Part shown: piece after piece, positions 12,401-27,400 of the stretch
Position numbering within the stretch: position 1 is the stretch's first letter
How the letters are laid out: every line of letters starts with the position of its first letter
Origin: Scyliorhinus canicula
Lineage: Eukaryota
Assembly (NCBI RefSeq): GCF_902713615.1
Contig: NC_052158.1
Span: 18,844,546-18,908,545 of the forward strand
Reading direction: 5' to 3'
DNA: 64,000 nt
Notes under the pieces: model-generated
What the model saw: the letters and a program-made list of their open reading frames with translations, nothing else
The model's database searches: none
Told to the model about the DNA's origin: nothing
Made by a program: the position numbers and the translations under genes

Positions 12401-15400
12401 ATTACACCCCTCTGCCTCTCCACCTCTCTGATCCACCACTCCGCCTCTACACCTCTCTCTAACAACACTCTGCCCCTCCGCCTCTCTGTTCCAGCCCTCC
12501 GCCTCTCTGTTCCAGCTCTCCGCCTCTCTGTTCCAGCCCTCCGCCTCTCTGTTCCAGCCCTCCGCCTCTCTGTTCCAGCCCTCCGCCTCTCTGTTCCAGC
12601 CCTCCGCCTCTCTGTTCCAGCCCTCCGCCTCTCTGTTCCAGCCCTCCGCCTCTCTGTTCCAGCCCTCCGCCTCTCTGTTCCAGCCCTCCGCCTCTCTGTT
12701 CCAGCCCTCCGCCTCTCTGTTCCAGCCCTCCGCCTCTCTGTTCCAGCCCTCCGCCTCTCTGTTCCAGCCCTCCGCCTCTCTGTTCCAGCCCTCCGCCTCT
12801 CTGTTCCAGCCCTCCGCCTCTCTGTTCCAGCCCTTCTTCACCTCTATTACACCCCTCTGCCTAACCACCTCTATTACACCCCTCCACCTCTCTATAACAC
12901 CCCTCTGCCTCTCCACCTCTCTGATCTACCACTCCGCCTCTACACCTCTCTAATGCACCCCTCCACCTCTATATTGCACCCTTGGCCTCTCCACCTCTCT
13001 ATTACACTCCTCAGCCTCTCCACCTATTACACACCTCCACCTCTCCGCCCACACCCCTCCGCCTCACCACCTCTCTATTACACCCCTCAGCCTCGCCACA
13101 TATTACACTCCTCCACCTCTCCGCCCACACCCTTCCGCCTCACCACCTCGCTGTTACACCCATCCGCCTCACCACCTCTCTGTTACACCCATCCGTCTCT
13201 CCACCTCTCTGTTACACCTTTCCGTCTCTCCACCTCTAACAACACTCTGCCCCTCCGCCTCTCTGGTACAGCCCTCCGCCTCTCTGGTACAGCCCTCCGC
13301 CTCTCTGGTACAGCCCTCCGCCTCTCTGGTACAGCCCTCCGCCTCTCTGGTACAGCCCTCCGCCTCTCTGGTACAGCCCTCCGCCTCTCTGGTACAGCCC
13401 TCCGCCTCTCTGGTACAGCCCTCCGCCTCTCTGGTACAGCCCTCCGCCTCTCTGGTACAGCCCTCCGCCTCTCTGGTACAGCCCTCCGCCTCTCTGGTAC
13501 AGCCCTCCGCCTCACCACCTCTCTATTACACCCCTCCGCCTCTCCACCCCTCTACCTCACCACCTATTACACCCCTCCGCCTCTCTATTACACCCCTCCG
13601 CCTCTCTATTACACCCCTCCGCCTCTCTATTACACCCCTCCGCCTCTCTATTACACCCCTCCGCCTCACCATTACACCCCTCCGCCTCACCATTACACCC
13701 CTCCGCCTCACCATTACACCCCTCCGCCTCTCCACCTCTCTATTACGCCCCTCTGCCTCTCTATTACGCCTTTCTGCCTCTCTATTACGTCCCTCCGCCT
13801 CTCTATTACGCCCCTCCGCCTCTCTATTACGCCCCTCCGCCTCTCTATTACGCCCCTCCGCCTCTCTATTACGCCCCTCCGCCTCTCTATTACGCCCCTC
13901 CGCCTCTCTATTACGCCCCTCCGCCTCTCTAGTACGCCCCTCCGCCTCTCTAGTACGCCCCTCCGCCTCTCTAGTACGCCCCTCCGCCTCTCTAGTACAC
14001 CCCTGCGCCTCTCTATTACGCCCGTCTGCCTCTCTGTTAGACCCCTCCACCTCTCTATTACACCCCTCCACCTCTCTATTGCACCCCTCCACCTCTCTAT
14101 TGCACCCCTACATCTCTCCACCTCTATTACCACCCTCTGCCTCCACTTCTCTATTACACCCCTCCGCCTCTATTACGTCTCTCCACCTATCTATTACAAC
14201 CCTCCACCTCTCTATTACACCCTCCGCCTCCCCACCTCTCTATTACACCCCTACGTCTCCCCACCTCTATTACACCCCTCCGCTTCACCACCTCTCTATT
14301 ACACCTCTTCACCTTTGTATTACAACCCTCCGCCTGTCTATTGCACCCCTCCGCCTCTCTATTAAACCCCTCCGCCTCTCCACCTCTCTGTTACACCACT
14401 CCACCTCACCACCTCTATATTGCACCCCTCTGCCTCTCCACCTCTCTATTACACTCCTCCACCTCTCCGCCCACACCTCTCCGCCTCTCTCGAACACCAC
14501 TCTGCCTCTCCACCTCTCTATTACACCCTTCCGCTTCCCCACCTCTCTCTAACCCCCTTCTGCCTCTCCACCTCTCTATTACACCCCTCCACATCACCAC
14601 ATCTCTATTACACCCCTCCACCTCTCTAATACAGCCCTCCACCTCTGTTACAGCCCTCCACCTCTCCATTACACCCCTCCGCTTCACCACCTCTCTATTA
14701 CACCCCTCTGCCTCAGCACCCTTCCGTTACATCTCTCTGCCTCTCTATTACGCCCCTCCGCTTCTCTATTACGCCCCTCCGCCTCTCTATTACGCCCCTC
14801 CGCCTCTCTATTACGCCCCTCCGCCTCTCCACCTCTCTATTACGCCCCTATGTCTCTCCACCTCTATTACAATCCTCTGCTTCCACTTCTCTATTACACC
14901 CCTCCACCTCTCTATTACACCCTCCGCCTCCCCACCTCTCTATTACACCCCTACTTCTCTCCACCTCTATTACACTGCCTCTCTATTACACCTCTTCACC
15001 TCTGTATTACAACCCTCCACCTCTCCATTACACCCCTCCGCTTCACCGCCTCTCTATTACACCCCTCTGCCTCAGGACCCTTCCGTTACATCCCGCTGCC
15101 TCACTACCTGTTACACCCCACCTCTCCATTACACCTCTCCATCACTCTATTGCACCCATCTGCCCCTCTATTACACCCCTCTGCTTCTCCACCTCCCCAT
15201 TACACCCTTCCGCCTAGCCACCTCTCTATTACACCACTCTGCTTCTCCAATTCCCCATTACACCCCTCCGCCTCACTACCTCTCCATTACATCCCTCTGC
15301 CCCACTTCTCTATTACACCGCTCCACCTCATCAACTAGTTATTACACCACTCCATCTCTCCACCTATATTACACCCCTCCACTTCTCTATTGCAACCCTC

Positions 15401-18400
15401 CACCTCATCACCTCTATTACACCCCTCATCTCTCGACCTCTTATTGCACCCCTCCACCACTCCTCTATTACACCCCTCCGCCTCTCTATTACACCCTTCC
15501 ACCTCTTCACCTCTATTACACCCCTCTGCCTCACCACCTCTCTATTACACCCCTCTGCCTCACCACCTCTCTATTACACCACTCATCCTCCCAATCTCAC
15601 TATTACATCCCTCCACCTCTCTATTACACCCCTCCGCTTCACCACCTCTCTATTACACCGCTCCACCTCATCAACTAGTTATTACACCACTCCATCTCTC
15701 CACCTATATTACACCCCTCCACTTCTCTATTGCAACCCTCCACCTCACCACCTCTATTACACCCCTCATCTCTCAACCTCTCATTGCACCCCTCCACCAC
15801 TCCTCTATTACACCCCTCCACTTCTCTATTACACCCCTGCGCCTCTCCATTACACCCTTCCACTTCTTCACCTCTATGACACCCCTCTGCCTCTCCACCT
15901 CTATGACACCCCTCTGCCTCTCCACCTCTATTACACCCCTCTGTCTCTCCACCTCTAATACACCCCTCTGTCTCTCCACCTCTAATACACCCCTCTGTCT
16001 CTCCACCTCTAATACACCCCTCTGTCTCTCCACCTCAAATACACCCCTCTGTCTCTCCACCTCTAATACACCCCTCTGTCTCTCCACCTCTAATACACCC
16101 CTCTGCCTCACCACCTCTCTATTACACCCTCCATCTCTCCACATCTCTATTACACCCCTCCGCCTCTCCAGCTCTCCATTACCCCCTCCGTCTCAATTAC
16201 ACCCTTCCGTCTCCCTATTACACCTCTCTGCCTCTCTATTACACTCTGCCTCTCTATTACACCTCTCCAGCTCTCTATTACACCCCTCTGTCTCTCCACC
16301 GCTAGTGCACCCCTCCGCCTCTCTACCACTGCCCTCCGCCTCTCCACCTCCCTATTACATCTCTTCACCTCTAATAGACCCCTCTGTCTCTCCACCTCTA
16401 TTACACCCCTCTGCCTCACCACCTCTCTATTACACCCTCTGCCTCTCCACCTCAATTACACCCATCTGACTCTCTATTACACACCTCCGCCTCTCTATTA
16501 CACCTCTCTATTACACTCCACCTCTCTATTACACCTCTCCACCTCTCTATTGCACCCCTCCACCTCTGTATTACACACCACCGCCTCTCTATTGCACCCC
16601 TCCACCTCTGTATTACACACCACCGCCTCTCTATTACACCCCTCTGCCTCACCATCTCTTTATTGCACCCCTCTGCCTCTCCACCTCTCTAATATACCGC
16701 TCTGCCTCTCCAGCTCCCTCTTGCACCACCGCCTCTCCACCTCTCTATTACAGCCCTCTGCCTCTTCACCTCTCTATTACACACCTGTCTCTCCACCTCT
16801 CTATTACACCCCACGCTTCTCCACCTCTCTATTACACCTGTCCACTTCTCCACCTCTTTATTACACCCCTCTGCCGCTATTTTAAAAAAATATTTTTATT
16901 AAATGCTTTAACAAAAATATACAGAATATCAGAATAACAAGCTATCAACCCAATAAACAACCACAATCCTCCAGCCCCCCCCCCCCCCCCCCCCCCCCCC
17001 GCACCCCAGCCCCTTGCCACATCCCGCCTTCCCCATTTTAACCTCCATTACTCTTCCCCTCAATAACTCCCCCTTGATGACCCCTCATTCCTCCTTGAAG
17101 AAATCAATGAACGTTTTCCACCTCCGGGCGAACCCATCTCCCGCAGAGAGAACTTGATCTTCTACAACCTCAGGACTTCCGCTCACCAGAACCCCAGCCT
17201 TCAGCGGCTCCGAATCCCACCAACACAGCAAAGCCCGTCTCTGGGTTATCAGGAAGGCAAAGGCCAATACACTGGCATCTCCCCCCCCCCCCCCCCCAAC
17301 CCCCCCCGGAACCCCGACTCCTGGGTCTTCCGACACACCAAATATCACAACCTCCGGACTCATAGAACCATAGAATTTACAGTGCAAAAGGTGGCCATTC
17401 GGCCCATCGAGTCTGCTCCGGCCCCTAGAAAGAGCACCCTACTTAAGCCCACAACTCCACCTTATCCCCGTAACCCATCAACCCCACCTAACCTTTTTCG
17501 ACACTCAGGGCAATTTACCCTGGCCAACGGTGACTCAGAGTCACCCCCACACCGAGAACCTCGGACACAACATCTGAGAACCCCTGCCTGAATCCCCTCA
17601 GACTAGGACAGGCCCAGAATATGTGGACCTGATTCACAGGCCTACCCCCCCCCCCCCCCCACCCCACCCCCCCACCCCCACACACCTGCTACACCTATCT
17701 TCCACCCTCTCAAAGAACCTGCTCAGTCTCGCCACCGTCATGTGGGACCTATGCACCACTTTAAACTGAATGAGGCTTAACCTCGCACACGATGAGGACG
17801 TGTTCACCCTCCGCCCACACAAACCCTGAGTCAACCCATTGACTTTGCTGAAAAACGACTGAGGGACAGAGATGGGGAGGTTCTGAACATGATCAGAAAT
17901 CTAGGCCACAACGTCATTCTCACTATCTGCACCCTCCTTGCCAGCGACAGCGGCAAAATGTCCCATCTCTTTAAATCTGCCTTCATCCCCTCCACCAATC
18001 GGACCAAGTTCAGTCTATGCAGCTGGGCCCAGCGCCGCACCACCTGAATACCAAGGTACCTAAAGCTCATCCCCACCAACCTGAATGGTAACTCCCCTAA
18101 CCTCCTTCTCCGCCCTCTGGCATTGATTGGGAACATCTCATTCTTACCCATGTTCAATTTATATCCCCAAAACCGGCCAATTTCCCCCAAAGCTGCTCAA
18201 CGGATTTGAAATGTATAATAACAAGTCATCCACATACAGCAAAACCCCATGTTCGGCACCCCCTGCACAATCCTCTCCTTAGACGCCCTAAGCGCCATTG
18301 CCAATGGCTCTATTGCCAAGGCGAAAAGCGTCGGGGAGAGCGGAGACCCCTGCCTAGTCCCACGGTAAAGCCCAAACTCACTCAGTTCATCTGCACACTT

Positions 18401-21400
18401 GCCACCGGCATCTTATACAGCAGCCAAACCCAATCCACAAAACCCTGCCCGAACCCAAACCGCCCCAGCCATCTTGAACAGATATGCCCATTCTACCCAG
18501 TCAAAGTCCATGGCCACCACTACCTAAACCCCCTTCCCTGCTCCTCCGAGGGCATCAGACTCACATTATGTAACCTCCGCACATTGACAACAGTTGCCTT
18601 CCTTCAACAAAACCTGTCTGATCCTCCCCAATCACCCCCGACACAATTCTTATACTCAATGCCCCAGCCAATGAAGGCAAGGCTGCCATATGCCTTCTTG
18701 ACTACCTTCTCCACCAGTGTTTCCTCTTTCAGTGACCTGTGGACCGTACACATAGATCTCTCTGACTGTCAATACTCTTGTAGTATGAAAACTCCTTCAC
18801 CCTTAGCCTCCCAAACCTCCACAGGTTCTCCCCCCCCGACCCATGCGCCCATGAATCCCCTCAACTCCCTATCCACTGCAGACACCCTCGGCGATTTTGA
18901 ACTCTAGTCCAGGACCGTATTAAATCACCTCCATAATCAACCGGTAAGTGTCCAAGTCCGAAATCTTCCCTAATATTCACGTCATAAAATCCACATCATC
19001 CCAATTCGCAGCACAGACATTTACAAGGACCACCGGCATCCGCTCCAATTTCCCACTGCTCCCAGCTCTCCCTTCCGAGCTGTTCCGCACCAACCACACC
19101 CATTTCAGCAACCCCCTCCCCCCAACAAACAACCAACCCCCTCGCCTTCCTCCTGATGACTCCCCACTTCACTTCCATTAACTAGCCCGCCCAGATAGCA
19201 TGGTGGCCCCCACCCAAGGCCGCTAACATCCCCTCCCCCCTCACAAAAGGCACACTGACTATCGTCACTCCCCCATTGAAACCCACCCTGAACTACCCAT
19301 CCCATACACTCTTCCACACACACAAAGCTCCTCTCCAAAGTTCAGTGTCCTTACACTCCTCCAGGTCCATGGTTCCTCATAAAGCCCATCGCCTCCTCTG
19401 GCGAATCAAAATAAAACCGCTGCTTATGGTGTGTCACCCACAAACGGGCACGATACAAAACCCTAAACTTCACACCGTTCGTGAAGAGGGCAACCTTTAT
19501 CCCGTTGAACCTGACCCTCCTCTTCGCCAACACCGCACCCAGGCCTTGGTAGACCCACAGCTCACTACCTTCCCAGGTAAACTTCCTGGTCTGCCTCGTC
19601 CATTTTAAAATATTTTCTTTGTCCAAGAATCGATGCAGCCGCACCACCATCGCCCTCGGTAACTCACCAACCTGAGGCCTCCTCCTCAGCACCCTGTGCG
19701 TCCAATTCACCTCGAGGAGCGGGTCAAAGGCCCCTTCCCCCATCAACTGCTGCAACATCCTCACCACATACTTCCCGGCCTCCGCTCCCTCAGACATCCC
19801 GACGATCCTCAGGTTCCTCTCCTGAAGCAATTCTCCAGGTCCTCCAATTTCATTCTCAGCCACTTCTGGCTGTCCAAGACCATCCCCAACTCCCCCTCCA
19901 ATGAGACGATCCACCGCTCATGCTCCCCCACCGCCTCCTCCACCTCTGATTCGCTAGGCCCAGAGCCTTCAATCTCTGCCCCACTCTCTCAATCGCAGTT
20001 CTGAGCGGCTCCACCACCTTGTCCAGGTCATCCAGAGCCTCCTTCCCCTGCTGCTGGAATTTCCCATCCAAACACTCCACCAGCTGCTCCGTCGACCACC
20101 GGGCAGTAATGATGCCCCCTTGCCCTCTGCCATCGTAGCCTGTGGCGCACCATGGAAACTGTCCTGCTTCAGCTGCTCTCTCTTTTTCGTGGCACTTCTC
20201 GTCCTCTGATCCATACACCAATCTCACCAGAGGAGAATTACCTTCCCGGGGCACTCATTCACCTTTTGCCCTCGAAAATCCCCCAAAACAGGTGGGAAAA
20301 TCCACCTTGAGCGGATGACACCAAATTTGCGACCGCTCACTCCATGGTTGCCCCTCCACCTTTCTATTACACACCTCCTCGCTCCACATCTCTATTACAC
20401 CCCTCCACCTCTCTATTACACCCCTCTGCCTCTCCACCTCTCTATTACACACCTCCACCTCTCTATTACACACCTCCACCTCTCTATTACACACCTCCAC
20501 CTCTCTATTACACACCTCCACCTCTCTATTACACACCTCCACCTCTCTATTACACACCTCCACTTCTCTATTACACACCTCCACTTCTCTATTACACACC
20601 TCCACCTCTCCACCTATTACACTCCTCCACCTCTCTATTACACACTTACACCTCTCCACTTCTCTATTACACACCTGCACCTTGCCACTTCTCTATCACA
20701 CACCTCCACCTTTCCGCTTCTCTATTACACCCCTCTGCCTCTCCACCTCTCTTTTCTTCTCTAAGACACTTCAAGTCTTTGGTTATCTGATCTAATAGCT
20801 TCATTTCTGTCTCAGTGTCGTATGTACCTATGAAACGTGTTGGGATGATCTATTACAATAAAGGTGCTATATAAATTTAAGTAGCTGTTGTTCTCAGTTG
20901 AGCACCATGACCCACTGAACCATCACCCCAAGTGATTACTAGCTCCAAGACAAAACAAACATGAGCATTCATAATACCTTCAGCCAGTAGCCTGCACAGT
21001 AGGGCCGCAAAGAGAATGATAAATGAAAGCATTGCAATGACCTGCAAGAATAGGAGGACGTTTCGCTGAAAATCCATACCTGGAAAAGAAACGAATGTCC
21101 ATCAATATTACTCACAGAACTGTAGACTGTGACAACACAGGGGAAGGCCACTTGGCCCATCATATCTGTGCAATCTCTTTGGAAAGTTGACCAATTAGCC
21201 CCACCGTCCCAATTCCCCCCCCCCCCCCCCCCCCCACTATTTAGCCAATTCCCCTTTGAAAGTTCCGATTGAATCTGCTTCCTTATCATTTCTTATGTTA
21301 TCACTAGTGCAGAAGGAGGCCATTTGGCCCATCGAGTCTGCAGTGACCCTCTGAAATGACACCCCACCTAGGGTCAGGCCCCCACCCTATCCCCGTAACC

Positions 21401-24400
21401 CAGTAACCCCACCTAACCGTTGGACACTAAGGGCAATTTAACATGGCCAATCCACCTAACCTGCACATCTTTGGACTGTGGGAGGAAACCGGAGCACCCG
21501 GAGGAAACCCACACAGACACGGGGAGAAAGTGCGAACTCCACAGAGTCACCCACGGCCGGAATTGAACCCGGGTCCCTGGTGCTGTGAGACAGCAGTGCT
21601 AATCTCTGTGCCACCGTGCTGCCCACTTCCACCGCCTTTTTCAGCAAAGAATATTCACACTTTGGAATAAATCACTCGACGCATCAGAAGCCGAATTGGA
21701 GATGAATGAAATGAAATGACATGAAAAATGAATGAAATTCACTTATTGTCACGAGTAGGCTTCAATGAAGTTACTATGAAAAGCCCCTAGTCGCCACATT
21801 CCGGCGCCTGTCCGGGGAGGCTGGTACGGGAATCGAACCGTGCTGCTGGCCTGCTTCGTCTGCTTTAAAAGCCAGCGAATTAGCTGAGTGAGCTAAACCA
21901 GCCACTGAGATGACGCAGTGTTACAGTTAACTGCCTCTCATGTCTCAATGATTAAGTTATAAGAGTTTCAAACTTCTGACAGCAAACTGTGAAAATAACA
22001 TGTTTTTCTTACTTTGCTTGTCGCTGCGCAAACATTGAACTATGATACAGAAGATATTCGCAGCAGCAAAAATCAGTGCAACAATGGACAATTCCATTGC
22101 GTAGTGAATCAGAGGTGGAAGACCTGGAACAGAAAACAGTATATTAAACTTATATTCAAATCAGACTTTAAATTGCAACAGGATGTCCTTCCCCCTCTAA
22201 AGATGTGGCTATCACTGGGCTGTTTTGGGGAGATTTACCAGAATGTTAGCAGATGAATCAGTTATGTGGAGAGGAAGCAGATCATTCTACCGAGAGCAGA
22301 TCTGAGCTTTGCAGTCCTGCCACATTCAGCCGTGAATGGTGGTGGACAATTAAACAACTCACTGGAGGCGCCTCAAATATCCCCATCCTCAATGATGGAG
22401 GAGCTCAGCACATATAGACAAGGCTGAGGCATTCATACCAATCTTCAGCCAGAGTGATGAGTGGTGATCTATCTCGGTCTCCTCCGGAAGTCCCCAACAC
22501 CACAGATGTCAGTCTTCAGCCAATACAATTCATTCCATGTGATATCAAGAAATGGCTGAAGGCACTGGGTACTGCAAAGGCTATGGGCCCTGACAATATG
22601 CCAGCAATAGTACTGAATTTGCCTCTCCATCATCAGCATGTGATGGAAGGAATCATCAACAGTGCTGTCAAGCAGCACTTACTCAGCAATAACCTGCTCA
22701 CGGACGCTCAGTTTGGGTTCCGCCAGGGTCACTCAGCTCCTGAACTCATTACAGCCTTGCTTAAAACATGGACAAAGAGCTGAATACCAAAGGTGAGGTG
22801 AGAGTGACTGCCCTTGACATCAAGGCAGCATTTGACCGAGTGTGGCATCAAGGAGCCCGAGCTAAACTGGTCAATAGGAATCAGGGTGAAATCTCTCGCT
22901 GGTTGGAGTCATACCTGGCACAACGGAAGATGGTTGTGGTATTTGGAGGTCAATCATCTAATCTCCAGGACATCACTGCAGGAGTCCCTCAGAGCAGTGT
23001 CCTAGGCCCAACCATCTTCAGTTGCTTCATCAATGACCTCCCTTCCAACATTAGGTCAGAAGTGGGGATGTTTGTGGATGGCTACACAATGTTCAGCACC
23101 ATTCACGACTCCTCAGATAATGAAGCAGTCCATGCCCAAATACAGCAAGACCTGGACAATACCCAGGCTTGGGCTGGGCTGACAAGTGGCAAGTTACATT
23201 CGGGCTACACAAGTACCAAGCAATGACCATCTCCTACAAGAGAGGATCTAATCACCACCCTTTGACATTCAATGGCACTACCATCGCTGAATCCCCCACG
23301 ATCAACATCCTGGGGGTTACCATTGACCAGAAACTGAACTGGACTAGCCATATTAATACTGTGGCTAGCAGGGCAGGTCAAAGGCTAGGAATCCTACGGT
23401 GAGTAACTCACCTTCTGATGCCCCCAAAGCCTGTCCACCACCTAGAAGGCACAAGTCAGGAGTGTAATGGAATACTCTCCACTTGACTTTATGAGTGCAG
23501 CTCCAACAACACTCAAGGAGCTCGACTCCATCCAGGACAAAGCAGCCCCGCTTGATAGTTCCCCCTTCCACAAACATTCAAACCCTCCACCACCGATGAA
23601 CAGTGGCAGCCATGTATACCATCTACAAGATGTACTGCAGTAACTCACCAGCTTTCCTTAGGCAGCACCTTCCAAACCACTACCATCTAGGACAAGAGCA
23701 GCAGATACCTGGGAACCCCACCACCTGGACGTTCCCCTCCAAGACACTTGCCACCCTGACTTGGAAATATTTTGCAGTTCCTTCACTGTCGCTGGGTCAA
23801 AATCCTGGAACTCCCTCCCTAACAGCACAGTGTTGTAATGACATCTCTATGACTGCAGCGGTTCAAGAAGGCATCTCAACACCACCTTCTAGGGCAACTA
23901 GGGATGGGCAATAAATACTGGCCTAACCAGCAACACCCACATCCCATAAATGAATTTCCCGTTAAAAAAAAAGAGACGTGTTCAGGGGAGATTGCAAAGA
24001 ATTGTTCAAAACTCTGAGGGATTTTGATAGAAAGGAAGGAAGACTTACATTTGTATAACATCTGTCACTACCACAGGACATCCCAAATCCAATTATGTAG
24101 TTTGTGCAGTGCGGTTGCTATGGTACTATGGGAAAGGTCGGAGCCAATTTCTACAAAGGTTCCCGCAAACAGCAAGGTGATAATGGCCAGTTTGTCTTAT
24201 TAATTAAGAAAGATTTGACTGCATAAATGAGAAACTATCTTGACTGAGAATCAGTTTGGGTGGAGATAAGAAATAGCAAGAGAAAGAATCACTAGTGGAA
24301 GTGGATTATAGGCTCCTGACAGAATAAACAGAGTAAAATCTGGAAATAATTGAGGCTTGCAAGAAAGATACAGAAATAATCACAGACGATTTAATCTTCA

Positions 24401-27400
24401 CATAAATTGGACAAGTTGGCAAAGGTGGCCTTGACCAGAGAGTGAATTCAGAACATTTTCTTAACAATTGATTCTGAATCAACCAGTAAACAGCTTTTTA
24501 AAAATAAATTTAAGAGTACCCAATTTTTTTTTTCTCCTGAAAGGGCAATTTACAGTCGCCAACTGACTTACCCTGCACATCTTTTTGGGTTGTGGGGGGT
24601 GAGACCCACACAGACATGGGGAGAATGTGCAAACTCCACACAGACAGTGACCCGGGGCTGGAATCGGACCCAGGTCCTCAGCACCATGAGGCAGTGGTGC
24701 TAACCACTGCACCACCGTGCTGCCCTGAAAACTGAGTTTCGTTTAGACCTGTTAATGTGCAATGAGAGAGGATTAATTCATTATTACAAATCCTTGAAGG
24801 GTGATCAGAACTTTTCTTCTGGTCATGGGATCTTGGTGTCGTTGGCTGGGCCAGTTATTGCCCTACCTTAAATAACTGTGAATTGAATGGCTATTTCAAA
24901 GGGTATTTAAGAGTCAACCACATTGCTGTGGATCTGAACTTATACAGAGGCCAGACGGCAGATTTCCTTTCCAAAACAACATTAATGAATCAGATGGGTT
25001 TTTACAACTGAAGCTGGTTTCATGCTCATTGTTAAATGTTAATTCTATATTTTTGTTTAGTTCAAATTTCACCATCTGCCATGAGGAGATTCGAACCAGG
25101 GTCGCCAGAGCTGGGTCTCTGGACTGCTAACCCAGTGGCAATACCATTACACCACCCCCTCCCCATAATAACATTTCATATTGGGTTTGGAGGTAAGAAA
25201 CCTTGGAGGGGACACAGTGATGCTAATCTGCCATCCTTCCTCGATCTGGCCTGCATGTGACTGCCTATCCACACCAATGTGGTTGACTGTGAAATACCAC
25301 TCCGTTCAAGGGCAATTAGGGATGGGCAATAAATGCTGGCCCAGCCAGTAATGCCCACATCTCATGAATGAAGAAAACAAAACTTATGTTTGAAACTAGT
25401 GTCTCAAACCCAAATAAATATAAATACGATGATATGAAGACAACTGGCTGAAGTTGACGGAACAAAATAGGTTAAAACGGTAAAGTAAATGAAAAGCTAA
25501 GTCGGTGGCCGTGGCAGACAATTAAGAAGCTACTTCCCAACAAAAATTGATTCCGCGGAACAAGAAAGATTCAATGAACAGGTGCATCATTGGTGGCCAA
25601 TAAAGGAAGTTAGGATGGTATCAAAGCAAAAGCGTACAACGCTGCAAAGTTTAGTGGTGAGCTAGAAAATGAGGAACATTTTAGAAACCAGAAAAGGATG
25701 ACTTAAAAAAAAGGAGGGAGAAATTAGAATAGGCAAGTAAACTAGCAAGAAACATGGAAACAGATGGTAAAGGCTTCTACAAGTGCACAAAAAGGGAGTG
25801 ACGGGCTAAGATAAATGTTGGTCCCATAAGAGGATGAAACTGGTGGATAAATAATGGGAAAGAAGAAAATGGTAGAGGCTTTGAATCAGTATTTTGCATC
25901 AGTATTCACAGCAAAAGACACTAAAAACATCACAAGAATAAGAGATAATTAGGGTGCAATAAGTAAAGAGAAACTGAGAACAAAGACTATCGCAACAGAA
26001 ACTGCTTGAAGAAACTAATGTGACAAAAGGCTGAAAAGTCTCCTGGAGCCATAGACTCAGAATTCCGACAGTGCGAAAGGAGATAATTCGGCCCACTGCC
26101 CTGCCCTATCCCCATAACCCCACCTAAACTGTGATTCACCGGAGCACCCGGAGAAAACCCACGCAGGCACAGGGAGAAAGTGCAAACTCCACACAGTCAC
26201 CCAAGGCCGGAATTGTACTTATAGCACCAGGAGCGACACCGCTATCTCACGGCACTCTGTTTTTCTTTCATGCCCGGCGGGAATGCGCCCCCCCCCCCCC
26301 CCCCCAACCACCCCCACAGAGGCCACGCTTAGCGTCATTTCCCAAACTGAGGAGCGCCGACATTTTTAAAAGGGTGCCCCGATATCTCGATCCCCTGACT
26401 TGATCCCGGATCACCCAACGCCCCAACTCACCCATAAGAGGATCCTTGGGCACCTCCGCACCCCACCGTACAGGGCCAGCATCACCCGTCCCAATCTCCA
26501 ACTTGGGCAAAATGCCTGCCTGGCACCTTGGCAATGCCAGTTTGCCACCCTCAAAATGCCGCTACTAGCCTGACAGTGCCAGCTGGGCACCATAGCAGTT
26601 CCAGGTTGGCACCCAGATGGCACCAGAAGGGTGCCAGGTGGCACTGCCATGATGCTAGGCTGGCAGTACCAAGATGCCCGGGTGGCATCAGAAGAGCCAG
26701 CGCGGCCATTCTGTCCAGAGACCAACAGCCTGGGGGCCACCGATTGCCTGGGAGACCCCCCTCCTCCCCAAGTGCCAGTAAGCCTGGTCCCCATTTGTGA
26801 GAACCAGTACTGAATCAGCGCTCAGCTGGGGTCTCCTCAGCGAGGCCAATAGACGTCGGTGGCCATTCAATCCAGCGCCAGCCCGGTTACGTGGGTTCTT
26901 AAACTCACTTAACCGTGCAAGACTGGGTCACGCCCAGATCGCAACGTGTAACAGGATCTGGTGAGATTATGTGAGGCTTAATGGCCGTCAGGAATTCTGG
27001 GGGAGGCCTCTACCAGGATTTATCGGCTGCGTCCCGCTCCGATTCAAGCGGGTTGTGGCCGATAAATCGCAACCATACTGTAAAAGCCTGGGCAAAGGTT
27101 TGGCAAATTGAACATTATCTGGTTAAATGTAACATATCGAGTACTGCGTACACTTTGTCACCTTAGCAAAAGAGGGTTAAACACACATTGGAGGCAGTCA
27201 AGAGGGGGCTCATTAGTTGCATCCTGGAATGAAGGAATTGTCTTGTAAGGAAAGGTAGAATAGGTTGGGCCTACTGGAATTCAGAAGAATGGTGAAACAA
27301 AAACACCAGATTCCGAGAGGCCTTTGTAATGATATCATGGCTGTGTTGTAATACACCGATTGACCACTAGGAGTCTCATTAGTATATAAGTGAAAGTTAG

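Noticed and set aside
12326-16885. Extensin-like or Pro/Tyr/His-rich ORFs (e.g. 12953..14365, 14341..15678, 15390..16469)
   Set aside because: They are artefacts of the C/T-rich minisatellite: open in several frames on both strands, with no splice or domain evidence.
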